Shown here piece by piece: positions 24,979 through 37,257 of a stretch of DNA of 64,000 bases. This stretch comes from Macrostomum hystrix. Lineage: Eukaryota; Animalia; Platyhelminthes. Position numbers and translations under genes: made by a program. The notes under the pieces are model-generated. The model saw only the letters and a list, made by a program, of their open reading frames with translations, searched no databases and was not told the origin of the DNA. The stretch lies in the NCBI GenBank assembly GCA_950097015.1, contig CATNEN010000026.1, positions 1,302,001-1,366,000 on the forward strand. Direction: 5' to 3'. Positions within the stretch are counted from its first letter, which is position 1. Each line of letters begins with the position of its first letter.

Positions 24979-25339
24979 TCAGAAAGTCGAGCTGCCGCCC
25001 TGTTGACTTCGCCAAGCTGCACCATCTGGCGACGGCTGGAGAAGCGATGCCGCGGCAGCGGCGGCGGTGGCGTCGGCACCGAGAACTGACGGAGCCTCCT
25101 GATGCTGCTCGTTGCCAACATTGCTGTTTCGCCTGCTGCCTCGATTGCTGTTGCTTCTGCTGCTGCTGGCGCTGCTGCTGGCGCTGCTGCTGGTTGAAGA
25201 AGAAGACGATGAAGTGGAGGAGGATTCAGCAAGCTGGTCCTGGGCCAGGGCCACCCTGGCGTAGTCGTCAATGTCGATGCTTTTGCAGAAATGAATGGCG
25301 TAGCTGAGTTTCTCCTTTAGGCGAGCCTTGCAGGTGTAC
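24979..25339 (-). CDS. HERC2: HERC2 last exon, end of HECT ([28 protein letters not shown])
   Basis: Acceptor TATTTCAG|G. Matches the HERC2 C-terminus [16 protein letters not shown]. Stop TGA at 24979-24981. Confidence 0.93.
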
Positions 25340-25479
25340 CTGAAATAGGCGGCGATCACACTGGAAATCACACTGATGATCACATTGATCACACTAAAAT
25401 ATAACATTCTCAAACCAAAGCACCAAACTATTGTATTTTAGTGTAAATACAATAGGCATAATCGAATCTCATTCTTAAT

Positions 25480-25795
25480 CATTCTCACCCCTTATCAATC
25501 CCACTCCCTACTAATGCCACTCCCCATCAATCAAATTCATAATCAATCCCACTCCCTATCAATCCCTTTCCCTATCAATCACACTCCGTATCAATTCCCA
25601 CTCCCTATCAATCCCTTTCCCTATCAATCCCAATCCATATCAATCCCACTCCCTATCAATCCCACTTCGTATCAATACCACTCCCTATCGATCTCACTCC
25701 CTATTAATATCAATCTTTTTCCCTATCAATATCTTGATCAAAGTCAATCCTAATCAATCTCACCCCCTATTAATCTCACTCTCTATCAATCTCAC
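25480..25795. repeat. Degenerate CCCTATCAATCCCACT array in last HERC2 intron
   Basis: Direct inspection. Confidence 0.8.
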
Positions 25796-25829
25796 CCAAC
25801 AAATCTCACTATAGTTGCCATGCTCTCAC

Positions 25830-26584
25830 CTGGGCATCTTGAGCAGGAAGAAGCATGTGTAGGCCTCGGGCAGGAAATTGTCTGGCGGCGAGTACTTGTC
25901 CAGGATCTGGATGACAAAGTCTCGGCCGCGCATGTCGGCCATGGAGCGGGGCAGTCTGGCCCGACCCCAGACAAAGCGAAGGAACAAAGACCTCTCCGCG
26001 TTGGAGAATTCCTCCATGACCTCCCAGAACCAGCGGACAAGGGGGCTGGAAGGTTCGACACCTTTGTAGGTGGCGATAGATTTCAATAGGCCGACTGGAA
26101 TGTCAGGATTGCCGCACACAATGGATTCCAGTTGTTGACTGGTGAACAGGGACAAGTAGGGCAGCGGCACAACGAGACTGAGGCCGGCTCGGACATGGGC
26201 CACTGCAGCGTCGAATTCCTTCAGTCGATGCTGAACAGCCAGGCGCAGATAATCCCCCCGATTGCTGGGACTAATCGTGCCCCCGGATGCGCCCAGTGAG
26301 GCGAGGGGCACGGGTTCGCCGCCTGTTATGCTGGCAACTGCAAACGGCAAGTCGGCTAAGGCCAGGGCCGGGTCGTCCATTGTTCGGATGGCCATTAGAG
26401 AGGCCAGAGTGTCCTTGTCCAGATCGCTGAGATCGTCCAGTGCTAGAGGCTCGCCTGAGAATAGCTTCCACATTGCGTCGTGCAGGCTGAGATTCAACGG
26501 GCTGCCAGTCCGAATGGCAACGCCCAGGAGGCTGCCGGCGAAGCGAAGCCACTTGGGCTTGCTGACCGAATGAGGGTTTAACAC
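25830..26584 (-). CDS. HERC2: HERC2 exon, HECT with catalytic Cys ([15 protein letters not shown])
   Basis: Acceptor CCTCCGCAG|GTG. Donor AG|GTGAGA, phase 2. HECT motifs are present. Confidence 0.96.
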
Positions 26585-26649
26585 CTGCGGAGGACAGGCA
26601 GAATGATTGCTCATTTGTTTGACTTGAAGTCTAACTTAACGAAGCCTCA

Positions 26650-26866
26650 AACTGTGCTCTAATTGTACTCAAACTGTGCTCACCTGTGCTAAAACTATGC
26701 TCAAACTGTGCTTAACTGTGCTCGAAGTGTGCTCAAACTGTGCTCGAAGTGTGCTCAAACTGTGCTCAATATGTGCTCAACTGTGTTCGAAGTGTGATCA
26801 AAATATGCTCAAACTGTGCTCGAAGTGTGCTCAAACTGTGCTCAATTGTGCTTAAAGTGTGCTCAC
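26650..26866. repeat. TGTGCTCAAAC/TGTGCTCGAAG array abutting a HERC2 donor
   Basis: Direct inspection. Confidence 0.85.
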
Positions 26867-27116
26867 CATGCAATCCTTGGCCGGAGCGGGGCACAGCAGC
26901 GGCACGGCTCCGGTGCTCAACTCTTCGCAGATCTCGGCGACGCATTCAGAATAGCCGCCGCCGCAGTCGTCGACTGATTCGCCGACTAGTTTGACTTTCC
27001 AGACACGCTGAGGCAGCAGCCAATGATCGGGCAGGGCGGCTTCCATTTTGGCGGCCACTTGGGCCAGCACTGAGCGACTTGGGTCCCGCTTTGTTCGACG
27101 CGCGCTGGCACCAAGC
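26867..27116 (-). CDS. HERC2: HERC2 exon, HECT N-lobe (RVWKVKLVGESVDDCGGGYSE)
   Basis: Acceptor ATTCTCAAAG|G. Donor ATG|GTGAGC. Confidence 0.95.
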
Positions 27117-27194
27117 CTTTGAGAATGGGAATAATGAGTAAGCAATAGTTTACATTCAGTCACAAGAGATTCAAACCAAATGAAATTGTTTTCC

Positions 27195-27612
27195 TAGATT
27201 CTTTCACCTGTTATCCCAGTGTCTTTCACCTGTTATCCCGGTGTCTTTCACCTGTTATCCCGGTGTCTTTCACCTGTTATCCTGTTTTCTTTCACATGTT
27301 ATCCCGGCGTCTTTCACCTGTTATCCAGGTGTCTTTCACCTGTTATCCAGGTGTCTTTCACCTCTTATCCCGGTGTCTTTCACCTGTTATCCCGGCGTCT
27401 TTCACCTGTTATCCTGGCGTCTTTCACCTGTTATCCCGGTGTCTTGCACCTGTTATCCCGCTGTCTTTCACCTGTTATCCCGGTGTCTTTCACATGTTAT
27501 CCCGGCGTCTTTCACCTGTTATCCCGGCGTCTTTCACCTGTTATCCCGGCGTCTTTCACCTGTTATCCCGGCGTCTTTCACCTGTTATCCCGGCGTCTTT
27601 CACCTGTTATCT
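27195..27612. repeat. 22-bp minisatellite (CTTTCACCTGTTATCCCGGYGT)
   Basis: Direct inspection. Confidence 0.92.
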
Positions 27613-27717
27613 TATTGTCTATCATCAGTTAACCTGGTGTCTTAAATCTTTTAACCGGTGTGCTATACCGGTAATCGTGGTACAAAACACAATAACTAGC
27701 AGGTAGATGAGCCTCAC

Positions 27718-27842
27718 CTGTTAACTTCAATAACCGGTCCGTGCTGTTTGTCCCTGACCATGGTGGCTTGAACCACCTTGCGAAACAGGGACTCCTTCAC
27801 GGAGGCCAGCAGCAGGTAACGCAACTGGTGCATGCCGGGCGC
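27718..27842 (-). CDS. HERC2: HERC2 exon (..[23 protein letters not shown])
   Basis: Acceptor GATTCCAG|GCG. Donor AACAG|GTGAGG. Absent from the ORF track in this frame but contains a diagnostic HERC2 motif. Confidence 0.93.
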
Positions 27843-28134
27843 CTGGAATCACAAATAATTCCACATATGTGATACGGTAGAGAAATGCAGGACACCAACT
27901 TACAAGAAATATATATAAGTACATCCGTACCTATAAATGACCTACTAAATAAAAGTGCAAACGCATTAATTTGACGCGTTAAACAGTACGCGTGACCTTA
28001 AAACAGACCTAACTGGAAACTGGTCTGTGAAGGTAAATAGTGCATAAGTACTAAAAAGTACACATGCACAATTAAAGTACGTTTGTTATCCCCTAACAAT
28101 TTAATTATGAGTTGTAATTAATTACACCTGCCCC

Positions 28135-28412
28135 AATCGGGCCAGATGTGCAGCCGACAGCACAGCCGCAGCTATTGCGCAGCGCATCTGAAGGCTGCGT
28201 ACGGCTGTTCAGTCCATGGACTGGGGGTGACGCCACACCCACCTTTAATTACCCCCAGTTGATGCTGGCACCCATTTAACAGCTGTGTGAACTGAAGCAA
28301 AGCAGAGTGAAGTGTCCTGCTAAAGGACACAAAATTGTTTCATAGGAACTGGGGATCGAAGCGTGTGAGTTGTTGAGCTGAGTCTAATGCGTTTGCCTTT
28401 CGCACCAAGGTT
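28135..28412 (-). mobile_element. tRNA-derived SINE with CORE-like domain
   Basis: B-box-like CTTCGATCCCC followed by TTGTGTCCTTTAGCAGGACACTTCACTC..CAGCTGTTAAATGGGTGCCAGC, which resembles the CORE-SINE domain. Confidence 0.55.
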
Positions 28413-28700
28413 ACTAAGCACGATTCTGCGGCGAGGCCACTTCCATTTAGGGCGCAGCCGCGGAGAGAAGGCTTGGAGGCTTGTCGTGCAATCTACGCCA
28501 TTGAGGGCCAGCCTTCAAGGCACAGTGAAAGTGTACACTGCCTGACGATGAGAAAGTCAGGGCAGATGTACACACCTGTGTGAGCATATGCTTGTGTGCT
28601 CAGGAGTCAGCGGAATGGGCAGAATTGCCTCCTCGCTGGCTGCAGGTCTAGTGTCACCAAACGATGTGCCATTGCCCGCAGCCCTCCTGCAATTATCACT
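28378..28700 (+). mobile_element. Dispersed ~320-bp SINE-like repeat, copy 1
   Basis: Clearly homologous to 55450-55775 (reverse), including the shared block GTGTACACTGCCTGACGATGAGAAAGTCA. tRNA-like head. Confidence 0.75.
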
Positions 28701-28761
28701 AATATGACGGGAATCAAACCTCCGACCTTTCAAGTCTAGAATCCGACGCTCTCAAACTCAC

Positions 28762-29348
28762 CTGTAAATTAATAAGTGGCGCAGTGTAGCAGAGCAGCTC
28801 GGAGAAGAAATTCAGCATGACCAGCCGATCTCGCAGCAGCGAAGTAGGCAGGCTGTGCAGAGCAGTGTACTCAACTGGCACCGAGCTGGGCAGTCGGCCA
28901 ACTGTTGATAGGCCGCCATCGGTGCCAGTCTTCTGCGTGCTCCAGGCCAGAGTGTGAGCAGAGCCGCAGGCCACTTGGTTGATCATTTTGCCCTGCAAGG
29001 CGGCTACAAGGCGAGGCCGGCCAACGGAGGTTGTTGTCGAATCACCCAACTGGCCCTCGTCATTGTCGCCCCAGGTGTAGACCTCGCCTTCGGCCGTGCA
29101 GGCTACGCAGTGTAGGGAGCCGCAGCAGACGGCGACAACGCGTTTACCCTCGAGGCTGGCAACAACCTTCGGCCGGCGAACGTGCTCGGGCGGGTCCTGG
29201 GACACGTGACCCAACCGGTGATAATCGCCTTTGCCCCAGGTGTAGACTAGGCCGGAGGCGGACAGGGCCACGGAGAACTGGGAGCCGCATTCCACTTTGA
29301 TGATGTCTTTGCCGGTTAGGGAATCGATCTTCATGGGGATTCTGCAGC
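28762..29348 (-). CDS. HERC2: HERC2 exon, RCC1-like domain 3
   Basis: RCC1 repeats ([25 protein letters not shown]). Acceptor CCACAG|GC. Donor CAG|GTGAGT. Confidence 0.95.
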
Positions 29349-29722
29349 CTGTGGTTGTCCAAAATCAGCGCGTGAGTGTCTGCGTACAGTGTTGTACATT
29401 CACGTGTACATTAATACATGTACACACTGCAGACACACTGTACATCAACTATGTACATATTATATGTACATAAGTAATGTACATACAAAATGTACATGCT
29501 ATAGGCGCATTTTAGATCCTAAATTTACGCACTGTAGGTGTATTGTACAGCCATATATATATTTACACTGTACTTACAATTAAACTTATAGTGTACTCCC
29601 TACAATTTCAAGCACTATAGACATACTGTACATAGTTTTACGTTCACCATTACATTTATAACAGTCCTTCATTAAGTTAAGGATTAAAATCATGAACAAT
29701 GCTGTGCAAAGTAGTCTTAACC

Positions 29723-30317
29723 CAGGGGTCGGCAAACTCCGGCCCGCGGGCCAGATGCGGCCCTCGAAGCTCCCAAATCCGGCCCGTTGCCCCTTCTGAC
29801 ATCTACAGTGTCCTGTTTCATCTCTCCCGTGTCTAATCTCTCCTGTGTCTCATCTCTCCCGTGTCTAATCTCTCCTGTGTCTCATCTCTCCCGTGTCTAA
29901 TCTCTCCTGTGTCTCATCGCTCTCGTGTCTCATCTCTCCTGTGTCTTATCTCTCCTGTGTCTCATCTCTCCTGTGTCTCATCTCTCCTGTGTCTCATCTC
30001 TCCCCTGTCTTATCTCTCCCGTGTCTCATCTCTCCCGTGTCTCATCTCTCCCGTGTCTCATCTCTCCCGTGTCTAATCTCTCCCGTGTCTAATCTCTCCC
30101 GTGTCTAATCTCTCCCGTGTCTAATCTCTCCCGTGTCTCATCTCTCCCGTGTCTAATCTCTCCCGTGTCTAATCTCTCCCGTGTCTCATCCCTCCCGTGT
30201 CTAATCTCTCCCGTGTCTAATCTCTCCCCTATCTCATATTTATACAGCCAATGCGGCCCGCTGTCGTCTTTTAGGTTCTCTCTTTGGCCCGCCGGCAAAT
30301 AAGTTTGCCTACCCCTG
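29723..30317. mobile_element. hAT-superfamily non-autonomous element (MITE-like) with internal 16-bp minisatellite
   Basis: TIRs CAGGGGTCGGCAAACT / AGTTTGCCTACCCCTG (15/16 match). Perfect 8-bp TSD TCTTAACC at 29715-29722 and 30318-30325. Confidence 0.92.
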
Positions 30318-30709
30318 TCTTAACCTGTAAAACGGATGCACAGTAGCATAGGCCCATTGTAGCCAATAATAGGCTCGGGGTACAAGCAATCGAAGTTACA
30401 AAAAAATTTCTAAAGACGGCACAAAGAATGGAGAAAAAAAGACGGTTCATGCTAATCCAATGGGGGCAAAAACCGACTTACAAATCCCAAGGGAATTTAA
30501 TCAGGGCGGCGGCCAACATTTATGCAAATCTAATTCAATGCACGCGAACTAATGCTTCGAGTCTGTCTATTAATTAAAATATTGCCTGGGCAAGTGCTGA
30601 CCCAAACACTGAACTGTAATAAGAATTCAACTTTTAAAATATTGAAGAATCCTAAATTTTCTAGATTGTTTAAAATTGTTGGTCAGCAAACATTTCCAAG
30701 AAGATCTGG

Positions 30710-31095
30710 CATGACCAATATTCACCATCGCATGACCAACATCCATGACATGACCAACATACACAATCATATGACCAACACTCACCATCACATGAGCAAC
30801 ATGCATCATCGCATGACCAAAATACAACATCACATAACTAACTTACACTATTGCATGACCAACTTACACTATCGCATGACAAGCTTACACTATTGCGACA
30901 CTAACATTCACCATCACATGACCAACTTACACTATCGCAAGATCAACTTACACTATTGCAACACTAACATTCACCATCACATGACCAACTTACACTATTG
31001 CATGACCAACTTACACTATTGCATGACCAACTTACACTATCGCATGACACCAACACTCACCATCACATGACCAAAATTCACGATCGCATGACCTA
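30710..31095. repeat. Degenerate 21-bp array (CATGACCAACTTACACTATTG)
   Basis: Direct inspection. Confidence 0.8.
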
Positions 31096-31971
31096 AATAT
31101 TACCTGATGGTCGAAAAATGACCCCACATTTAACATTCAGGTTAGAAGTGCACTCGACTATGCATAATAATATGCATAGTTCCACTCATACAGCAAATCT
31201 CCAAGGATTAAACCCAGATTAAAGATTTAACAACAGTTTTGAGCATGGGAGGTACAGGATTTTGCAAAGGTGGATGGGAAGGCCAGGACTCAGGTGCTTA
31301 AAACCCAGCTGACCAAACACCAGACAGTGTTGAATAAGATACTGATTGAGAAACAGCAGCAGTGAAGGAGAATAATGTGAAATACACTGTCAACAATGAA
31401 ATCCGTGAACCGGTCTGGGGAGCTGGTTAGAAACCTCAATTCCAATATATCAGCTCATCAAAAACGAAATCATTTTATGCTATTTTACAATACGACTAGA
31501 CTACATGACAGACGCACTGTCAGACAAAATAATTCCAACACAAACTAGACAAAGCACAGTTTAGAATGCCACGAGATCAGTGTGATCAGAGTATGACATT
31601 AATAGATGAAATTCACTAGCTCAAACACGCAGCTATTGAAAAAATCATTTACCTCAAAGAGGGAGACACGGGAGAAAAGATGAGCTTTGGGATAAATTAA
31701 ACAACGAAATGCAGAGAGGGAGAGAATCACAGATAGCTGAAATTAGACCACACATTTTATTAAGCCAATGCCACGGTTAGGGTACCAGGAACAATAGGTT
31801 TGCGATGCGAATTTCAACTGCTAACAGGCCCACCTATCAGGCTCCGATGAAGCAGTCAAGCTACACTACTCAATCAAGCGTAGAAAATTACAGACAAACG
31901 GTAATTTTTATTCGGCACTTAGTCTATGAACTGCAATCATTTGCTGTTTAGCGACAGACTCAAAACGCAAA

Positions 31972-32856
31972 TTGAGTCACGTGTCATTGAGTCACGGGTC
32001 ATTGAGTCACGGGTCATTGAGTCCCGGGTCATTGAGGCACGGGTCATTGAGTCACGGGTCATTGAGTCACGGGTCATTGAGTCACGGGTCATTGAGTCAC
32101 GGGTCATTGAGTCACGGGTCATTGAGTCACGGGTCATTGAGTCACGGGTCATTGAGGCACGGGTCATTGAGTCACGGGTCATTGAGTCACGGGTCATTGA
32201 GTCACGGGTCATTGAGTCACGGGTCATTGAGTCACGGGTCATTGAGTCACGGGTCATTGAGTCCCGGGTCATTGAGGCACGGGTCATTGAGTCACGGGTC
32301 ATTGAGTCCCGGGTCATTGAGTCACGGGTCATTGAGTCACGGGTCATTGAGTCACGGGTCATTGAGTCACGGGTCATTGAGTCACGGGTCATTGAGTCAC
32401 GGGTCATTGAGTCACGGGTCATTGAGTCACGGGTCATTGAGGCACGGGTCATTGAGTCACGGGTCATTGAGTCACGGGTCATTGAGTCACGGTTCATTGA
32501 GTCACGGGTCATTGAGTCACGGGTCATTGAGTCACGGGTCATTGAGTCCCGGGTCATTGAGGCACGGGTCATTGAGTCACGGGTCATTGAGTCCCGGGTC
32601 ATTGAGGCACGGGTCATTGAGGCACGGGTCATTGAGTCACGGGTCATTGAGGCACGGGTCATTGAGGCACGGGTCATTGAGGCACGGGTCATTGTGTCAC
32701 GGGTCATTGAGTCACGGGTCATTGAGTCACGGGTCATTGAGTCACGGGTCATTGAGTCACGGGTCATTGAGTCCCGGGTCATTGAGTCCCGGGTCACTGA
32801 GGCACGGGTCATTGAGTCACGGGTCATTGAGTCACGGGTCATTGAGTCACGGGTAA
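31972..32856. repeat. 15-bp minisatellite (GAGTCACGGGTCATT), about 59 units
   Basis: Direct inspection. Intronic. Confidence 0.93.
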
Positions 32857-32874
32857 TTTAGTCATAAGCCTCAC

Positions 32875-33073
32875 CTTCGGAGCCGCCGCGACCCAGCTTG
32901 CCGTAGTCGCCGTCGCCCCAGGACCAGACGCAGCCGTCGGCCGTGATGCAAAGAGTTTGCGCGTCGCCGCTGCCGCAGGCCACGTCAACAACGCGATGGT
33001 CTTTCAGCGCCTCGATGCGCTTGGGCTTGCGCTGATCCTCGGAGTCATTGTGCCCGAGGCGACCGTAGCGGCC
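32875..33073 (-). CDS. HERC2: HERC2 exon, RCC1-like domain 3
   Basis: [26 protein letters not shown]. Acceptor AAACAG|GGC. Donor G|GTGAGG, phase 1. Confidence 0.95.
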
Positions 33074-33348
33074 CTGTTTATTTGTTTGCATTGAGAAGAT
33101 TACTATCAACTGCTGATAAAAAATTTCAATACATATCGGCTAAACAAAAAGTCTTTTTTCGATACATATCGGCAAAAAATAAATTTTGCGATACATATCG
33201 GCAAAAAACGTAGAAATTGTTAGAAACATAAAGGCTATTCTAAATAATCTGCGAAAGCAAAATCTGCTTTATTGTTTTCTTTTAACTTAAATGTCCGTTT
33301 TTGCTACAGATCGTTAAAAATAAATTTCGTATAACCAGCTAGCTTCAC

Positions 33349-33903
33349 CTTGCCCCATGTGTACAAATGACCCTCGGCACTGATGGCGGCCGAATGGGCG
33401 GCTCCGGCGGCCACGTGGGTGACCTCGGTGCCAAGCAGGGCTTCGATGAGTTTCGGCCGGTCGACGCTTTGACAATTGCCGTGGCCCAGCTTGCCATCCT
33501 CGCCCTCGCCCCAACTGTAGACCTCGCCGTTTCTAGTCAACGCCAGGCAGTGCCGGCCACCGCTGCTAACGGCCACCCGGACTACAAACTCGTGCACCAG
33601 CGAGTCAAGCAGAGTCGGCGACGCCATAGAATCGTTGCCGCCGACGCCCAGACGACCGCCAGAGCCGTAGCCGCAGGCATAGACTTTGCCATCGGCGGTG
33701 ACGGCGAATAGGCTCTGCTCGCCGCCGATCAGCTGCACCGGGCGCAGCGCTGTCAGATTCTCGCACAGCGCCGGCGCTTTCACCTTGCTGCCTTCGAGGC
33801 CGCCTAGCTGGCCGCGATGATTGTGACCCCAGCCCCAGATCTGACCGGTGCCAGATGGCCAGGTCAGGGTCCACTGCTCTGGAGCCTTGTTGTACCAGCG
33901 CAC
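33349..33903 (-). CDS. HERC2: HERC2 exon, start of RCC1-like domain 3
   Basis: [20 protein letters not shown]. Acceptor CACCCAG|GTG. Donor AAG|GTGAAG. Confidence 0.95.
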
Positions 33904-34059
33904 CTGGGTGGCGAAAGTTGTTGCTTTTTATTTTTCTATTATCTTTCCAAAACACAAACTGAAACTCAACCAAAACACATCTGGAGCTTTATATTCTCGC
34001 TTGTATTATTATGTCAGTCCTTTCCTTATTCCTGCACTTATCCCTTCTGCAATCTCTCC

Positions 34060-35212
34060 TTTTCCTCCCCGACTCTCCCTTCTCCCATCTCCCCCTACCT
34101 TCTCCAATCTCCCCCTACCTTCTCCCATCTCCCCCTACCTTCTCCAATCTCCCCCTACCTTCTCCAATCTCCCCCTACCTTCTCCAATCTCCCCTACCTT
34201 CTCCAATCTCCCCCTACCTTCTCCAATCTTTCCCTACCTTCTCCAATCTCCCCCTACCTTCTCCAATCTCCCCCTACCTTCTCCAATCTCCCCCTACCTT
34301 CTCCAATCTCCCCCTACCTTCTCCAATCTCCCCCTACCTTCTCCAATCTCCCCCTACCTTCTCCAATCTCCCCCTACCTTCTCCAATCTCCCCATACCTT
34401 CTCCAATCTCCCCTACCTTCTCCAATCTCCCCCTACCTTCTCCAATCTCCCCCTACCTTCTCCAATCTCCCCCTACCTTCTCCAATCTCCCCCTACCTTC
34501 TCCAATCTCCCCTTACCTTCTCCAATCTCCCCTTACCTTCTCCCATCTCTCCCCTTACCTTCTCCCATCTCTCCCCTCACTTCTCCCATCTCTCCCCTCA
34601 CTTCTCCCATCTCTCCCCTCACTTCTCCCATCTCTCCCCTCACTTCTCCCATCTCTCCCCTCACTTCTCCCATCTCTCCCCTCACTTCTCCCATCTCTCC
34701 CCTCACTTCTCCCATCTCTCCCCTCACTTCTCCCATCTCTCCCCTCACTTCTCCCATCTCTCCCCTCACTTCTCCCATCTCTCCCCTCACTTCTCCCATC
34801 TCTCCCCTCACTTCTCCCATCTCTCCCCTCACTTCTCCCATCTCTGCCCTCACTTCTCCCATCTCTCCCCTCACTTCTCCCATCTCTCCCCTCACTTCTC
34901 CCATCTCTCCCCTCACTTCTCCCATCTCTCCCCTCACTTCTCCCATCTCTCCCCTCACTTCTCCCATCTCTCCCCTCACTTCTCCCATCTCTCCCCTCAC
35001 TTCTCCCATCTCTCCCCTCACTTCTCCCATCTCTCCCCTCACTTCTCCCATCTCTCCCCTCACTTCTCCCATCTCTCCCCTCACTTCTCCCATCTCTGCC
35101 CTCACTTCTCCCATCTCTCCCCTCACTTCTCCCATCTCTCCCCTCACTTCTCCCATCTCTCCCCTCACTTCTCCCATCTCTGCCCTCACTTCTCCCATCT
35201 CTCCCATCTCTA
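34060..35212. repeat. Polypyrimidine arrays (CCTACCTTCTCCAATCTCCC; CTCACTTCTCCCATCTCTCCC)
   Basis: Direct inspection. Confidence 0.92.
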
Positions 35213-35714
35213 CACTCTATTCTCATCCAGCCCCCTTTCCATCTCTACCCTGCCTTGCACCATACCATTGCAGGGTATCATACAAGGGTATTGTAACGGG
35301 GCTAAGTGCAGAGAACAATAGGCTAAAAAAAGACAACAGAAGAAAGATAAAAGCACCATCCAGGTTCTTTTATCGTATTAAAATCGTATAATACATCGTA
35401 TTTTCACCAAGGTTAAAATTAGCCCACTTTTAATACACCGCTAGCAATTTAATTAGAGAATCTACCTATTCACGGAAAACTAGACTAGACAGTAGCGATT
35501 TAAAGATAAATTTTTGTCCTTTTAAAAAAAGCAGATAGTCACTTCATTTTTTTAAATAGCCACTTTAGTAGACTACTAGCAACAAAGACCCCTTTGGGGG
35601 GAAGCAAATCACGCTTTACAGCCCTGGGAAGAAGAAGAATTTAAAATATGCAACTTCAATACTATGATTATATTTTCGATATCTCCTTGATAAATCATAC
35701 TAACCCTTTGATAC

Positions 35715-36422
35715 ATCATGCTCTCCCTCGACAATTCATGCTCTCCCCTCGATAGTTCATGTTTCCCCTCGACAATTCATGCTCTCCCCTCGATAATTCA
35801 TGCTCTCCCCTCGATAGTTCATGCTCCCCCCTCGACAATTCATGCTCTCCCCTCGATAGTTCATGCTCTCCCCTCGATAGTTCATGCTCTCCCCTCCACA
35901 ATTCATGCTCTCCCCTCGATAGTTCATGCTCCCCCCTCGACAATTCATGCTCTCCCCTCGATAGTTCATGCTCTCCCCTCGATAGTTCATGCTCTCCCCT
36001 CGACAATTCATGCTCTCCCCTCGATAGTTCATGCTCTCCCCTCGATAGTTCATGCTCTCCCCTCGACAATTCATGCTCTCCCCTCGATAGTTCATGTTTC
36101 CCCTCGATAGTTCATGCTCTCCCCTCGATAGTTCATGCTCTCCCCTCGATAATTCATGCTCTCCCCTCGATAGTTCATGCTCTCCCCTCGATAATTCATG
36201 CTCTCCCCTCGATAATTCATGCTCTCCCCTCGATAGTTCATGCTCTCCCCTCGATAATTCATGCTCTCCCCTCGATAGTTCATGCTCTCCCCTCGATAGT
36301 TCATGCTCTCCCCTCGATAGTTCATGCTCTCCCCTCGATAGTTCATGCTCTCCCCTCGACAATTCATGCTCTCCCCTCGATAGTTCATGTTTCCCCTCGA
36401 TAGTTCATGCTCCCCTTCGATA
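35715..36422. repeat. 21-bp minisatellite (TCATGCTCTCCCCTCGATAGT)
   Basis: Direct inspection. Confidence 0.92.
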
Positions 36423-36709
36423 GATCATGCTACCCTCTTTAAAAAATCTAGCATTAAAATATTGCCTCATAGTTTTGAATCGAATACCGATTACAGAAAT
36501 ACTCGATACAATTTTCTTTAGTTTTGAAAATAAAAGAAAATTGTTGTTAGTTTATATATATATCATTTTTTATATCTCCATTTCTTTTTTTATCCTATTG
36601 AATATTGCTTGCAAGAATGCTTGAAAAACTTTAAAATTTAAAAAAATTTCGAATCTAAAAACGCTAGCAGAAATGATCGAAAATTCTTTACTCAGTTTTT
36701 GCATGTCCC

Positions 36710-37115
36710 CCAAACAGCAGAGAACCAATGTCTCCCCCAGCAGCAGAGAACCAATGTCCCCCCAGCAGCAGAGAACCAATGTCCCCCCCAGCAGCAGAGA
36801 ACCAATGTCCCCCCCCAGCAGCAGAGAACCAATGTCCCCCCCAGCAGCAGAGAACCAATGACCCCCAAACAGCAGAGAACCAATGTCCCTCGCCCAGCAG
36901 CAGAGAACCAATGTCCCCCCAAACAGCAGAGAACCAATGTCCCCCCAGCAGCAGAGAACCAATGTCCCCCAAACAGCAGAGAACCAATGTCCCTCGCCCA
37001 GCAGCAGAGAACCAATGTCCCCTCAGCACATAGAACCAATGTCCCCTCAGCACAGAGAACCAATGTCCCCTCAGCACAGAGAACCAATGTCCCCTCAGCA
37101 CAGAGAACCAATTTC
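36710..37115. repeat. CAGCAGCAGAGAACCAATGTCCCC array
   Basis: Direct inspection. Confidence 0.9.
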
Positions 37116-37257
37116 CTCCAAACAGAAGAGAACCTCCATAATACCAGGCTACCAAACCCCCAGCAAGAAATATTTGCCCTCTTTCTTTGAGGAAACCATT
37201 GCCCCATATAGCAGAGAAACGATTTTACTAAGCCCAGCAGGCAACAAATATCTCCTG

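Noticed and set aside
31926-32861. (IESRV)n, (MTRDS)n and (HGSLS)n ORFs as possible repeat proteins
   Set aside because: The array lies in a HERC2 intron. There is no signal peptide or cleavage-site logic, and unit variants are non-synonymous.
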